A stretch of DNA of 60,315 nucleotides, from assembly GCA_902580665.1 (NCBI GenBank), contig CACHLP010000003.1, positions 1-60,315 of the forward strand. The letters are read 5' to 3'. This DNA is from an uncultured Pelagibacteraceae bacterium (GTDB taxonomy: Bacteria > Pseudomonadota > Alphaproteobacteria > Pelagibacterales > AG-422-B15). Position 1 is the stretch's first letter, and every line of letters starts with the position of its first letter. Position numbers and translations under genes: made by a program. Below are positions 1-8,976 of the stretch, piece by piece. Below the pieces are notes generated by a model, which was not told the origin of the DNA, searched no databases, and was given only the letters and a program-made list of their open reading frames with translations.

Positions 1-14
1 GGCTTTATCACAAA

Positions 15-1151
15 TTAAATAAATAGATTTATCACTGAGCTGTAAATATAGGAGAAGAATCTAGAAAATATATTGCTTCTATTTACATCGTTTACAGACA
101 CTACATCAAAATATTCAGGATTTTCATTTGGAATATCAACTTTTACTTTTCCAATAATATCTCCTGAGGTTATTGGAAATTTGATTTCTTCAAATAATTC
201 AATTTCATAGTGTAATTCTTTCTCTTTTGTTCTTGGAACTGTCAGAACTATATCGTTAACTGCACCAATCAAAGAGCTGCTTTCATTAGAGCCAGGAATA
301 TTTATGCTTGCAAATTTTGTGAAATCTTCAAAAAGTCTAATATTCTCGAACTCTCTAAACGACCATGTTATAAGTCTTGATGAACCCTGAGTTCTTTTTT
401 GCTTACTGCTAAATCCGTTTGTTACAGATATTACGCGTCTATCACCATCAATTGCAGATGCTGCAAGTCCATAACCCGAAACAGATAAGTGCCCTGTTTT
501 TAATCCATCAACACCCATATTTTTGTACAAAAGAGGATTCCTATTTTTTTGCTTAATATTTGACCATTCAAATTCAGTTTCAGCAAACATATGGTAATAT
601 TCAGGGTAATTATTAATTAAATATTGAGATAAAATTGCGAGGTCATACGCAGTCGAAAAATTATTTTTGTCATGCATACCTGTAGAATTGGTAAAATTTG
701 TATTAGTCATCCCAATATCTATAGCCTTTTCAGTCATCATTTTAGCAAAAGATTCTTCTGTTCCAGCAATATTTTCTGCTACAACTATGCATGCGTCATT
801 ACCAGACTGAACTATTATACCGCGCAATAGATCTTCTACTCTTATGTTTTTATCCACTTCAACAAACATTGATGAGCCTTCTCTTTCTTTCCATGCTTTT
901 TCGGATACTAAAAAAGTGTCATCAAGTGATAATGTACCGTTAGACAATTTTTCAAAAACTATTAATGTTGTCATAATTTTTGTCATTGATGCTGGATAGG
1001 TTTTTTTGTCTTTATCTTTTTCAAATAATACTTTTCCAGTAGTTGCATCAATGACTACTGCAGTTTCAGCATCAGTATCTATGTAAGAAGCAAATGCTAA
1101 TACTGAAGTTAGTAAGAAAATTGATAAGACTACTAAAATGAATCTATGCAT
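15..1151 (-). CDS. Serine-type D-Ala-D-Ala carboxypeptidase (low-MW PBP5/6 class)
   Basis: 378-aa ORF with an N-terminal signal peptide. It carries the three penicilloyl-serine transferase motifs in canonical order: SMTK, SGN, KTG. Confidence 0.9.
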   Translation of the reverse strand: MHRFILVVLSIFLLTSVLAFASYIDTDAETAVVIDATTGKVLFEKDKDKKTYPASMTKIMTTLIVFEKLSNGTLSLDDTFLVSEKAWKEREGSSMFVEVDKNIRVEDLLRGIIVQSGNDACIVVAENIAGTEESFAKMMTEKAIDIGMTNTNFTNSTGMHDKNNFSTAYDLAILSQYLINNYPEYYHMFAETEFEWSNIKQKNRNPLLYKNMGVDGLKTGHLSVSGYGLAASAIDGDRRVISVTNGFSSKQKRTQGSSRLITWSFREFENIRLFEDFTKFASINIPGSNESSSLIGAVNDIVLTVPRTKEKELHYEIELFEEIKFPITSGDIIGKVKVDIPNENPEYFDVVSVNDVNRSNIFSRFFSYIYSSVINLFI

Positions 1152-1160
1152 AGAATATTA

Positions 1161-2000
1161 TTATATTAAATATATTGATAAATCTTCATATTTTTTAAAT
1201 GTGTCATCATTAAGATCTATTAACAATGACTCTACATCGCTATAGGGTCCAATTAACACCTTGTATTCCATATTACCTGACAAGTTTTGGCTTTCAAAAA
1301 TCCTAACATCATAGTTTGATAGATCTCTTTTGATTTTTTGAGCACTTTCTTTGAATGCAAAGCTTGCTATATTAATGAAAATCTTATTATACAAATTTAT
1401 ATCTTTAATATTTGTATTATTAGCAGGCAATTTATTTGTATCTTTTTCAATAATAACAACACTTGACACTGGTGCTTCCACAACTTTTTTTTCTTCATCG
1501 TAAGTGTGTGCCTCAGAAAGAACAAAACTTTCATTTGAATCTATAAGAGATATTTTTACTAATTCACCATTTTGATTCATGCCTAGTTTTTTAAATACAG
1601 CTTCAGATAAATTGATAACTTTAATTGAAGAAAATGCTTCTCGATGATTTACTCTTACCAATGCAGATTTGCCATTATTGAGGTTCGTAACTTCAATAAT
1701 TGATGGTAATGGTAATGATCTGTGTGCTCCTGATAATGTATCATTATGGTAATATTCACCATTTTTAGTTTTACTGCCATTTTTTAAATTTGTTTCCAAT
1801 TGCGCTAAGCCAATTTCCTCAAATTTTTTATAATCATAAGGATAAAACCATTTACCATTAATCTGATATGGCTCTTCTATTAATTTCTCAATTATTTTAA
1901 TATTACTTCTATTACTACTGTCTTCAATTACGAGCGGTACAACATTCGCTATAGTGCAATTAGTAAGAATAAAAAAAATTACTAGTAAAAATATTCTCAT
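1161..2000 (-). CDS. rlpA: RlpA-family septal lytic transglycosylase lipoprotein with C-terminal SPOR-like domain
   Basis: Lipobox-like N-terminus (..ILTNC). DPBB core is TLSGAHRSLPLPSIIEVTNLNNGKSALVRVNHR. The C-terminal ~70 aa resembles a SPOR domain. Confidence 0.8.
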   Translation of the reverse strand: MRIFLLVIFFILTNCTIANVVPLVIEDSSNRSNIKIIEKLIEEPYQINGKWFYPYDYKKFEEIGLAQLETNLKNGSKTKNGEYYHNDTLSGAHRSLPLPSIIEVTNLNNGKSALVRVNHREAFSSIKVINLSEAVFKKLGMNQNGELVKISLIDSNESFVLSEAHTYDEEKKVVEAPVSSVVIIEKDTNKLPANNTNIKDINLYNKIFINIASFAFKESAQKIKRDLSNYDVRIFESQNLSGNMEYKVLIGPYSDVESLLIDLNDDTFKKYEDLSIYLI

Positions 2001-3001
2001 TAATAATATTCAATCATATCGGACAATATACCAACTGATAATCCGAAGAATAGAGATCTGTTCCATTTCATAATGACTTTAAAATTTTCGTAAACCAAAA
2101 ACTTTCGACCTTCATGATCCTCTGGATAAACTAAGTATGCCTGAATATCTCTAAGTGGTAACTTTTCCCCGTTTTTTTTCAATATACCTAAAGCAGTCCA
2201 TTCACTTAGAGATTTTGATATATTAATTTCTTTAGCAGACGTTGTAATAAAATCATCTGGAATGGATTTTGTGGTCATTACCTCTCTGCCCCATGTTAAA
2301 TCATCATTCCAGCCAGATTCACTTAAATAATTTGACGATGAAGCAAATACATCTGGCAAGGTAGTCCAGATATCTTTTTTACCATCTTTATCAAAATCTG
2401 TTGCGTAATTTAAAAAGCTAGATGGCATGAATTGATTTTGTCCCATGGCTCCTGCCCATGAACCCATCATTTCATCGCCAGTAATATGACCTTGGTCAAT
2501 GATCTTTAATGCATTTATCAGTTCATCTGTAAAAAACTCTCTTCTTCTAAGATCGTGTGATAACGTCGATAAAGAACGTATTACATTAAATGAGCCTGTA
2601 TAAGTGCCAAAACTTGTTTCTATACCCCACAAAGCTAATATAAAGCGAGGTTGCACACCATACTCACTATATATTCTCAACAGTAAATCCTTATGCTCAC
2701 TGTACAACTTTTTGCCTTTAAGCATTCTACTTTTCGGCGTCGTATTATTTAGATATTCGTCTAGTGTAAGTGTAAATTCTGGTTGAGATCTATCGAGCTC
2801 TAAGACTCGTTCATTGATTGCAATATCTCCTAATGATAAATCAACTGTTTCTTGCGATATCCCCTTTTTAGTGGCAATATTTTTAATGTTTTCAAGCCAT
2901 TCAACAAAGCTATAATCTTCATCTGCTTGCAAAGAAGACAGATTAATTATAGTAAATATTATTAAAATTGACGGTATTTTAAATTTTGAACTCATATTCA
3001 C
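2000..3001 (-). CDS. mltB: Lytic murein transglycosylase (MltB / SLT_2 family)
   Basis: Signal peptide, catalytic-Glu motif LWGIETSFG, and GAMGQNQFMPSSF typical of MltB-like enzymes. There is a 1-nt overlap with rlpA. Confidence 0.85.
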   Translation of the reverse strand: MNMSSKFKIPSILIIFTIINLSSLQADEDYSFVEWLENIKNIATKKGISQETVDLSLGDIAINERVLELDRSQPEFTLTLDEYLNNTTPKSRMLKGKKLYSEHKDLLLRIYSEYGVQPRFILALWGIETSFGTYTGSFNVIRSLSTLSHDLRRREFFTDELINALKIIDQGHITGDEMMGSWAGAMGQNQFMPSSFLNYATDFDKDGKKDIWTTLPDVFASSSNYLSESGWNDDLTWGREVMTTKSIPDDFITTSAKEINISKSLSEWTALGILKKNGEKLPLRDIQAYLVYPEDHEGRKFLVYENFKVIMKWNRSLFFGLSVGILSDMIEYY

Positions 3002-3020
3002 CTATTAATAGCATAATTTT

Positions 3021-3992
3021 ATGAAAGATATAAAATCACTTGTAGATTTAATTGGTAATACGCCAATAGTTCAAGCTAAAAATATAGATGCAGGTAAATG
3101 TAATCTCTTCTTAAAGATGGAAAATATGAATCCTGGCTCATCTATAAAAGACCGCGTTGCGCTCCAAATAATAAACGATGCTGAAAAGAACGGAGATTTG
3201 GTAAAAGGATCAACTGTTGTTGAGGCAACAGCTGGGAATACAGGCCTTGGATTAGCACTCATAGCTCTATTAAAAGGTTATAAAGCGAAAGTTATAATAT
3301 TAGATAAAATGAATCAAAATAAGATTTTTCATTTAAAATCACTTGGTGCTGAAGTAATGCTTGCAAAAAGTGATGTAGGTCCAGATAGTCCTGAACATTA
3401 TGTAAATATGGCTAAAAGAGTTGCTGCTGAAACTAACAACTCATTTATGGCCAATCAGTTTACTAACAGATCAAATCCTCTAGCCCATGAATTGACCACC
3501 GCACCAGAAATATATAACCAAATGGATGGAGATGTCGATGCAATTGTCTGTGGCGTTGGCACTGGCGGGACAATTTCCGGTATTGGTAAATTTTTTGAGA
3601 AGAATAACCCAAAAACTGAAATGGTACTTGCCGATCCTGAGGGCTCAATTGTAAAAGATGCTGTTGAAAAAAAACCTTTAAAAGACGCCGATTACAAGTG
3701 GTTGGTTGAAGGTATTGGAGAGGATTTTCTTCCCGATACACTAGATCTAAAATACATAAAAAAAGCTTATTCAGTGAGCAATGAAGAAGCTTTTCAAACA
3801 ATTCGCACACTTGCATTAAAAGAAGGTATATTAGGTGGGTCATCTAGCGGAACTCTCATTTGTGCCGCATTAAAGTATTGTCATGAACAAAAAGAAAAGA
3901 AAAATGTTGTAACATTTGTTTGTGATAATGGTGAAAAATATTTAAATACGGCGTATAATAGTGAATGGCTAAAAGAAAAAAATCTGATTTAA
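3021..3992 (+). CDS. PLP-dependent cysteine synthase / cystathionine beta-synthase family enzyme (no CBS-pair domains)
   Basis: PLP-lysine motif SSIKDR, plus GNTG and GTGGTISG loops. 323 aa. Confidence 0.85.
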   Translation: MKDIKSLVDLIGNTPIVQAKNIDAGKCNLFLKMENMNPGSSIKDRVALQIINDAEKNGDLVKGSTVVEATAGNTGLGLALIALLKGYKAKVIILDKMNQNKIFHLKSLGAEVMLAKSDVGPDSPEHYVNMAKRVAAETNNSFMANQFTNRSNPLAHELTTAPEIYNQMDGDVDAIVCGVGTGGTISGIGKFFEKNNPKTEMVLADPEGSIVKDAVEKKPLKDADYKWLVEGIGEDFLPDTLDLKYIKKAYSVSNEEAFQTIRTLALKEGILGGSSSGTLICAALKYCHEQKEKKNVVTFVCDNGEKYLNTAYNSEWLKEKNLI

Positions 3993-5131
3993 GAAAAATC
4001 AATCAGTTCGATACATTGTCTGTGCATGCGGGAATTAAAAGTGATCCGCTTACAGGTGCTGTAATGACTCCTATTTATGCTACATCAACATTTGCACAAG
4101 ATACACCGGGGAAAGATAAGGGATATGAATATTCAAGATCTCAAAATCCAACACGTGAAGTTTTAGAGGCTTCATTAGCTGAATTAGAAAATGGATATAA
4201 AGCTTTTGCTTTTGCGTCAGGGGTTGCCGCTCAAACAGCGGTGATTGATCTTTTGAAGCCTGGGGATCATGTTATTGCATTTGATGATTTATATGGTGGA
4301 ACATTCCGACTGTTTAATGAAATTAAAGCTAAATCATCACACATAGAATTCACTTTTGTTGATCTAAATACAAACTTTAGCAAACATATCAAAAAAAATA
4401 CAAAGATGATTTGGGTAGAAACACCTACAAACCCACTTTTAAAAATTGCCGATTTAAAGCGTATTGCACGCATAGCAAAGAAACATAAGCTAATAACTGT
4501 TTGCGATAATACTTTCGCAACACCAATCAATCAAAGACCATTAGATTTCGGTATTGATATAATAAATCATTCAACTACTAAGTATATAAATGGACACTCT
4601 GATGTTATTGGTGGTTCACTTGTCATAGGTAAAAATAAAACATTAGAAAAGAAACTTGCATTGATACAAAACTCTACAGGAGCAGTACCAAGCCCGTTTG
4701 ATTGTTTTTTAATTCTAAGAGGAATTAAGACTCTTTCGCTTAGAATAAAAAAACATAATGAAAATGGAATTAAAGTTGCAAGGTTTTTAAAAGGCCATAA
4801 AAAACTCTCAGATGTTACCTACCCTGGCTTAACAAATCATAAGCAAAGCGATATAGCCAAAAAACAAATGAATGGTTTTGGTGGAATGATTACGTTTATT
4901 CATAAAGGTACAATGTCAGATATCTCAAAGTTCATGAAGAAACTTAAGATATTCACTATTGCAGAAAGCCTAGGCGGAGTTGAGTCACTTATAGAATCTC
5001 CTGCATTAATGACACATGCCTATTTAGAAGATAAGTCATACAATCAAGTGCCCAAAAAACTAGTTAGGCTTTCTGTTGGAATAGAAGATTCAGAAGATTT
5101 AATTAATGATCTAATGCAAGCTTTAAAATAA
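3965..5131 (+). CDS. Cys/Met-metabolism PLP enzyme, cystathionine gamma-lyase/gamma-synthase family
   Basis: HSTTKYINGHSD PLP-lysine motif. 388 aa. Overlaps the upstream CBS-like gene by 28 nt, so the two look like an operon. Confidence 0.85.
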   Translation: MAKRKKSDLRKINQFDTLSVHAGIKSDPLTGAVMTPIYATSTFAQDTPGKDKGYEYSRSQNPTREVLEASLAELENGYKAFAFASGVAAQTAVIDLLKPGDHVIAFDDLYGGTFRLFNEIKAKSSHIEFTFVDLNTNFSKHIKKNTKMIWVETPTNPLLKIADLKRIARIAKKHKLITVCDNTFATPINQRPLDFGIDIINHSTTKYINGHSDVIGGSLVIGKNKTLEKKLALIQNSTGAVPSPFDCFLILRGIKTLSLRIKKHNENGIKVARFLKGHKKLSDVTYPGLTNHKQSDIAKKQMNGFGGMITFIHKGTMSDISKFMKKLKIFTIAESLGGVESLIESPALMTHAYLEDKSYNQVPKKLVRLSVGIEDSEDLINDLMQALK

Positions 5132-6025
5132 TTAAAGTGTACTCAAAACAGCATTTACAATTGAAGACTGTCGTGAATTTGCAGTATCGGACCTGCTAGT
5201 TATGACAACAGGAGATATACCTCCTGTAACAAACCCCCCTGCCGTACAGTTCATAAAATTAACCATAATCTTTACTAATGAATTGCCTGTTTCAACATTT
5301 GGAACGACAATTACATTTGCATTACCAGCAACACTATTATTAATTCCTTTAATTTTAGCCGCGTTAGATGATATTGCGTTATCAAATGCAAATGGGCCAT
5401 GAATATCTGTAGTTGGATGCTCTATTCTAGACCAATCAACTAGATCTTTTGCGTCAACTGAACTCTGCATTTGTGATAAAACTTCTTCAGTTGCAGATAG
5501 AATAGCTATTTTTGGAACGAAATTTGGAAGTTTTGAAGTAAATTCAATAACGTTATTTATAATATGTTTTTTCGTTTCTACATTAGGATTTATATTCAAT
5601 GCGCCATCTGTGATAATTAAAGGAGTTCTGACGTCATCTGGAAAAGTCATAAACCATATATGACTCAGTCGCCTTCCTTTCACTAGGAGTTTATATTCTG
5701 ATCTAATATACTCTGACATCAAAACATCTGTATGCAAATGACCCTTAACGATTAAATAAGGATCTTCTATGCGATCACTAGCTAATCTGCATGCGATCTT
5801 TGAAGACTCTTCTTCAGTAGAAGAATTAATAATTTCAGGCTGCAAATGCCAGTTTAAATCATCCAATAATGCGGCAATAATGTCTTTGTTTCCTATTAGG
5901 AGGGGTTCTATGATACCCATCTCAAATGACTCTTTAATTGGTTCGAGCGAAACTTTGTTAATAGGATTTACAATTAATGAGTCTTTTTTTATATTTTTAT
6001 CAATAAAATCAATGTTTTGTATCAT
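5132..6025 (-). CDS. Phosphate acetyl/butyryltransferase family protein (PTA_PTB)
   Basis: 297-aa ORF with overall similarity to stand-alone phosphotransacylases. Recognised from memory of the family, not from a single diagnostic motif. Confidence 0.65.
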   Translation of the reverse strand: MIQNIDFIDKNIKKDSLIVNPINKVSLEPIKESFEMGIIEPLLIGNKDIIAALLDDLNWHLQPEIINSSTEEESSKIACRLASDRIEDPYLIVKGHLHTDVLMSEYIRSEYKLLVKGRRLSHIWFMTFPDDVRTPLIITDGALNINPNVETKKHIINNVIEFTSKLPNFVPKIAILSATEEVLSQMQSSVDAKDLVDWSRIEHPTTDIHGPFAFDNAISSNAAKIKGINNSVAGNANVIVVPNVETGNSLVKIMVNFMNCTAGGFVTGGISPVVITSRSDTANSRQSSIVNAVLSTL

Positions 6026-6337
6026 TTTTTTAAAGTATATTTTTAAATTAAAGCAACACTTTAAAATAAGTGTCTTAAGTACTGATATTATTTCATATTT
6101 TTAAAATAATTTAATAAATAAGCTCCAATTATTATTATTAATAAGATTGCAGAAAATGAATAAAAAATCATTGATAGATCTTGGAATAATGAAACAAAAA
6201 AACTAATCATGATATCTAAAATATCAAAGTTAATGCCCAGTAAAGTAAATAAAAGAAAGAAACAGTAACCAGGCCGCCTATTATCCAGTCTAACATATTA
6301 CTATACTTAACACATAAAGGCTTATATTTATACATTT

Positions 6338-7543
6338 ATGCAAAAAGACTATGATTTAATCATATATGGCGCCACAGGATTTACTGGCCGTTTGGTGGTG
6401 GAGTATTTGGACAATAATTATTCTGAAATCAAATGGGCAATCGCTGGCAGGAATGAAGAAAAATTAAATAAAATATCAAGCAACACTGCCTATAAACCTA
6501 AATATTTCATTGCTGATAGTGAAGATATTGCCGGTTTAAATAAGATTGCTGCTCAAACAAATGTCATAGCTTCTTTGGCAGGTCCTTTCAATCGATACAG
6601 TGATAAATTGGTAGGATGTTGTGTGAACAATAATACCCATTATGTAGATATTACTGGTGAAAATATATGGGTTAGAGATTTAATAGATAAACATCATGAA
6701 GAAGCAGAAAAAAAAGGGATTAAGATCATTCCTTCATGTGGCTATGATTCAATTCCATCAGATATGGGATGTTTTTATTTACAAAGATCTCTTGGTGAAA
6801 ACTTATTGTCTGTTGATGGTTATCATCGTGGAGGCGGTGGTGTAAGCGGTGGAACAATTGAAAGTGCTTTTACAATGAAAAATTATAAAACAAAATACTC
6901 AATCGGACACCCTTTCCTATTAAATAGCAAAGATTTTATAGAAAAACAAAATAAAGAAGCTAGTAAAGACACATTTAAAATAAAGTACATTGACAGCATT
7001 AAATCATGGTCTGCACCTTTTGTTATGTCTATTGCTAACACAAGAGTTGTCAGAAGGAGTGTAGAATTACATGAGCTTAATCAGTCAGGTTATGGATCGG
7101 ACTTTGCTTATAAAGAGTTTATGAATGTTAAAAAATATTCTTCTGCCCTAATGGTATCAATTGGATTAGCAATATTAGGATTAATGATTGTAAGTCCAAT
7201 AAGTTCTTTGTTTAGAAAATTATTTACAAAGCCAGGAAATGGACCTGATAAAAAAACGCGTGATAACGGATGGTTTGAAAGTATATTTATTGGCAAAAAC
7301 ACTAATAATGAATTTTATAAGTTGAGAATTTATGGCGATGGAGACCCAGGGTATAAAACTACAGCTAAATTCATATGTGAGTCTGCATTATGCTTAGTTA
7401 AATCTGATGGGTATTTAGAAAATACAAACAAAGGAGGGGTCTTAACTACTGCAACTGGACTTGGAGAGCATCTCATAAGAAGACTTAAAAACGCAGATAT
7501 ACTCTTTGAGGGACCAGAAAAGATTGCAAAAACATACACTTAA
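6338..7543 (+). CDS. Saccharopine dehydrogenase-like NAD(P)-binding protein
   Basis: N-terminal Rossmann motif IIYGATGFTGR. Length (401 aa) and a C-terminal hydrophobic segment are typical of the Sacchrp_dh_NADP family. Confidence 0.7.
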   Translation: MQKDYDLIIYGATGFTGRLVVEYLDNNYSEIKWAIAGRNEEKLNKISSNTAYKPKYFIADSEDIAGLNKIAAQTNVIASLAGPFNRYSDKLVGCCVNNNTHYVDITGENIWVRDLIDKHHEEAEKKGIKIIPSCGYDSIPSDMGCFYLQRSLGENLLSVDGYHRGGGGVSGGTIESAFTMKNYKTKYSIGHPFLLNSKDFIEKQNKEASKDTFKIKYIDSIKSWSAPFVMSIANTRVVRRSVELHELNQSGYGSDFAYKEFMNVKKYSSALMVSIGLAILGLMIVSPISSLFRKLFTKPGNGPDKKTRDNGWFESIFIGKNTNNEFYKLRIYGDGDPGYKTTAKFICESALCLVKSDGYLENTNKGGVLTTATGLGEHLIRRLKNADILFEGPEKIAKTYT

Positions 7544-7615
7544 TTTGCAACCCAAAATGGGTGCTCAGGATCGTACAAAAGTATAATTATAGTGCATAAC
7601 AATTAGTTATATTTT

Positions 7616-7945
7616 ATGATTTTACAGAAAATAAACTCTGGAGTTTTTAACAATATGGTTCAAGATGAAACCGGTACCTTTGTTATGAATAAAAATCAAC
7701 CTTCTCATGTAAGCAGTGAAATTGACAATGACACTGTAAAGAAAATCAGAGAGCTGTCTAAATTAAGAAAAAGTATTGAACTTGATTTAAAAGCAATCGC
7801 AACAAAGACAAAAATCTCAACAAACCAATTAAAAAATATAGAATCATTCAAGTTTGAAAAATTACCTCCCAACCCGATGAGAACATCATTTATTGATCAA
7901 TATTGTTCAGTAATTGAAAAAGCAAATAAAATTAATTCTATTTAA
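7616..7945 (+). CDS. Small protein with RodZ/XRE-like helix-turn-helix
   Basis: 109 aa. The segment LKAIATKTKISTNQLKNIESFKFEKLP resembles the RodZ N-terminal HTH. Confidence 0.4.
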   Translation: MILQKINSGVFNNMVQDETGTFVMNKNQPSHVSSEIDNDTVKKIRELSKLRKSIELDLKAIATKTKISTNQLKNIESFKFEKLPPNPMRTSFIDQYCSVIEKANKINSI

Positions 7946-8397
7946 GGATAATTTCTTTTCAAAAGCTTATTATATAAATAAGCGAATAAAACTAACATCA
8001 ACGCACCAACAGCTACTGGAAACAAAACAAAAGATATTCCTTGTCCCGTTAAAATAACAATAATCGGATTAGCGCCTGCAGGCGGATGTATAGTATTTGT
8101 AATAGTCATTATAAAGATTGCTAATCCTACGGCTAATCCCAGTGCTAGAAAATGATCGCCAATTATATATAAAACAATAACACCAGATAAAGCGGATAAA
8201 GTATGTCCAAGTAAGATATTGCTTGGTTTAGCTAATGGACTATCATGCACAGCCATCACCAAAACCATTGAAGCACCGAATGGCGGAATCAGCCAAATTG
8301 TTCCCTCAAATGAATTTTCTAGATAAGCTAAAAAACTTATGAAAATTGATGCTCCAAGCGCACTCAATAATGCATTGATTATTTTGTTATTATTCAT
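7942..8397 (-). CDS. HPP family membrane protein
   Basis: 151 aa, 4-5 TM helices, HPPAGA signature. Confidence 0.75.
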   Translation of the reverse strand: MNNNKIINALLSALGASIFISFLAYLENSFEGTIWLIPPFGASMVLVMAVHDSPLAKPSNILLGHTLSALSGVIVLYIIGDHFLALGLAVGLAIFIMTITNTIHPPAGANPIIVILTGQGISFVLFPVAVGALMLVLFAYLYNKLLKRNYP

Positions 8398-8399
8398 TA

Positions 8400-8810
8400 A
8401 TGATAACTATGATGATTAAGCTCTACATTACAACATTTATATATTTTATTATTATTGATTTAATAGGTATCAGTTTATTTGTTAGAAAAGTTTATGAAAA
8501 AAACTTGCCGAAAGATGTAAAATTAGATTTTAACCTACCAGTTGCATTGATTTTTTATTTTATTTTTGTATTTGGTTTAGTTTATTTTGTCATAGCTCCA
8601 AATAAAGATAATGGCGTTTCATCAATTATAATACCTTCTGTTATTTATGGCCTTGTTACTTACGCTACTTATGCGCTAACTGTAAAAGCTGTATTTAATA
8701 CACTTAATACACAAATAATTGTGTTTGATATCATATGGGGAATGTTATTGTGCCTATCGATATCAGTCCTCACTATTTATACTGTTTCTAAATTTGAGTT
8801 TCTGAATTAA
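8400..8810 (+). CDS. Small polytopic membrane protein of unknown function (DUF2177-like)
   Basis: 136 aa with four hydrophobic helices. The family assignment is tentative. Confidence 0.45.
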   Translation: MITMMIKLYITTFIYFIIIDLIGISLFVRKVYEKNLPKDVKLDFNLPVALIFYFIFVFGLVYFVIAPNKDNGVSSIIIPSVIYGLVTYATYALTVKAVFNTLNTQIIVFDIIWGMLLCLSISVLTIYTVSKFEFLN

Positions 8811-8851
8811 AGATTGTCATATATTTTAATTCTAATAAATTAAAAATTCGT

Positions 8852-8941
8852 GGAGAGGTGGCTGAGTGGTCGAAAGCATCAGTCTTGAAAACTGACGAGG
8901 GAGCAATTCCTCCGTGGGTTCGAATCCCACCCTCTCCGCCA
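8852..8941 (+). tRNA. tRNA-Ser (anticodon UGA), CCA encoded
   Basis: Acceptor stem GGAGAGG/CCTCTCC. Anticodon arm is TCAGT-cTTGAaa-ACTGA. There is a long variable arm, a T arm GTGGG-TTCGAAT-CCCAC, and a terminal GCCA. Confidence 0.95.
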
Positions 8942-8976
8942 TAAACTTCAAATGAATTTGATTTAGTAATAATTAT

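Noticed and set aside
8852-8941. tRNA-Ser as a possible genomic-island integration site.
   Set aside because: There is no integrase or recombinase gene nearby, and I could not see a direct repeat of the tRNA 3' end in the window. The flanking genes look like ordinary core functions.
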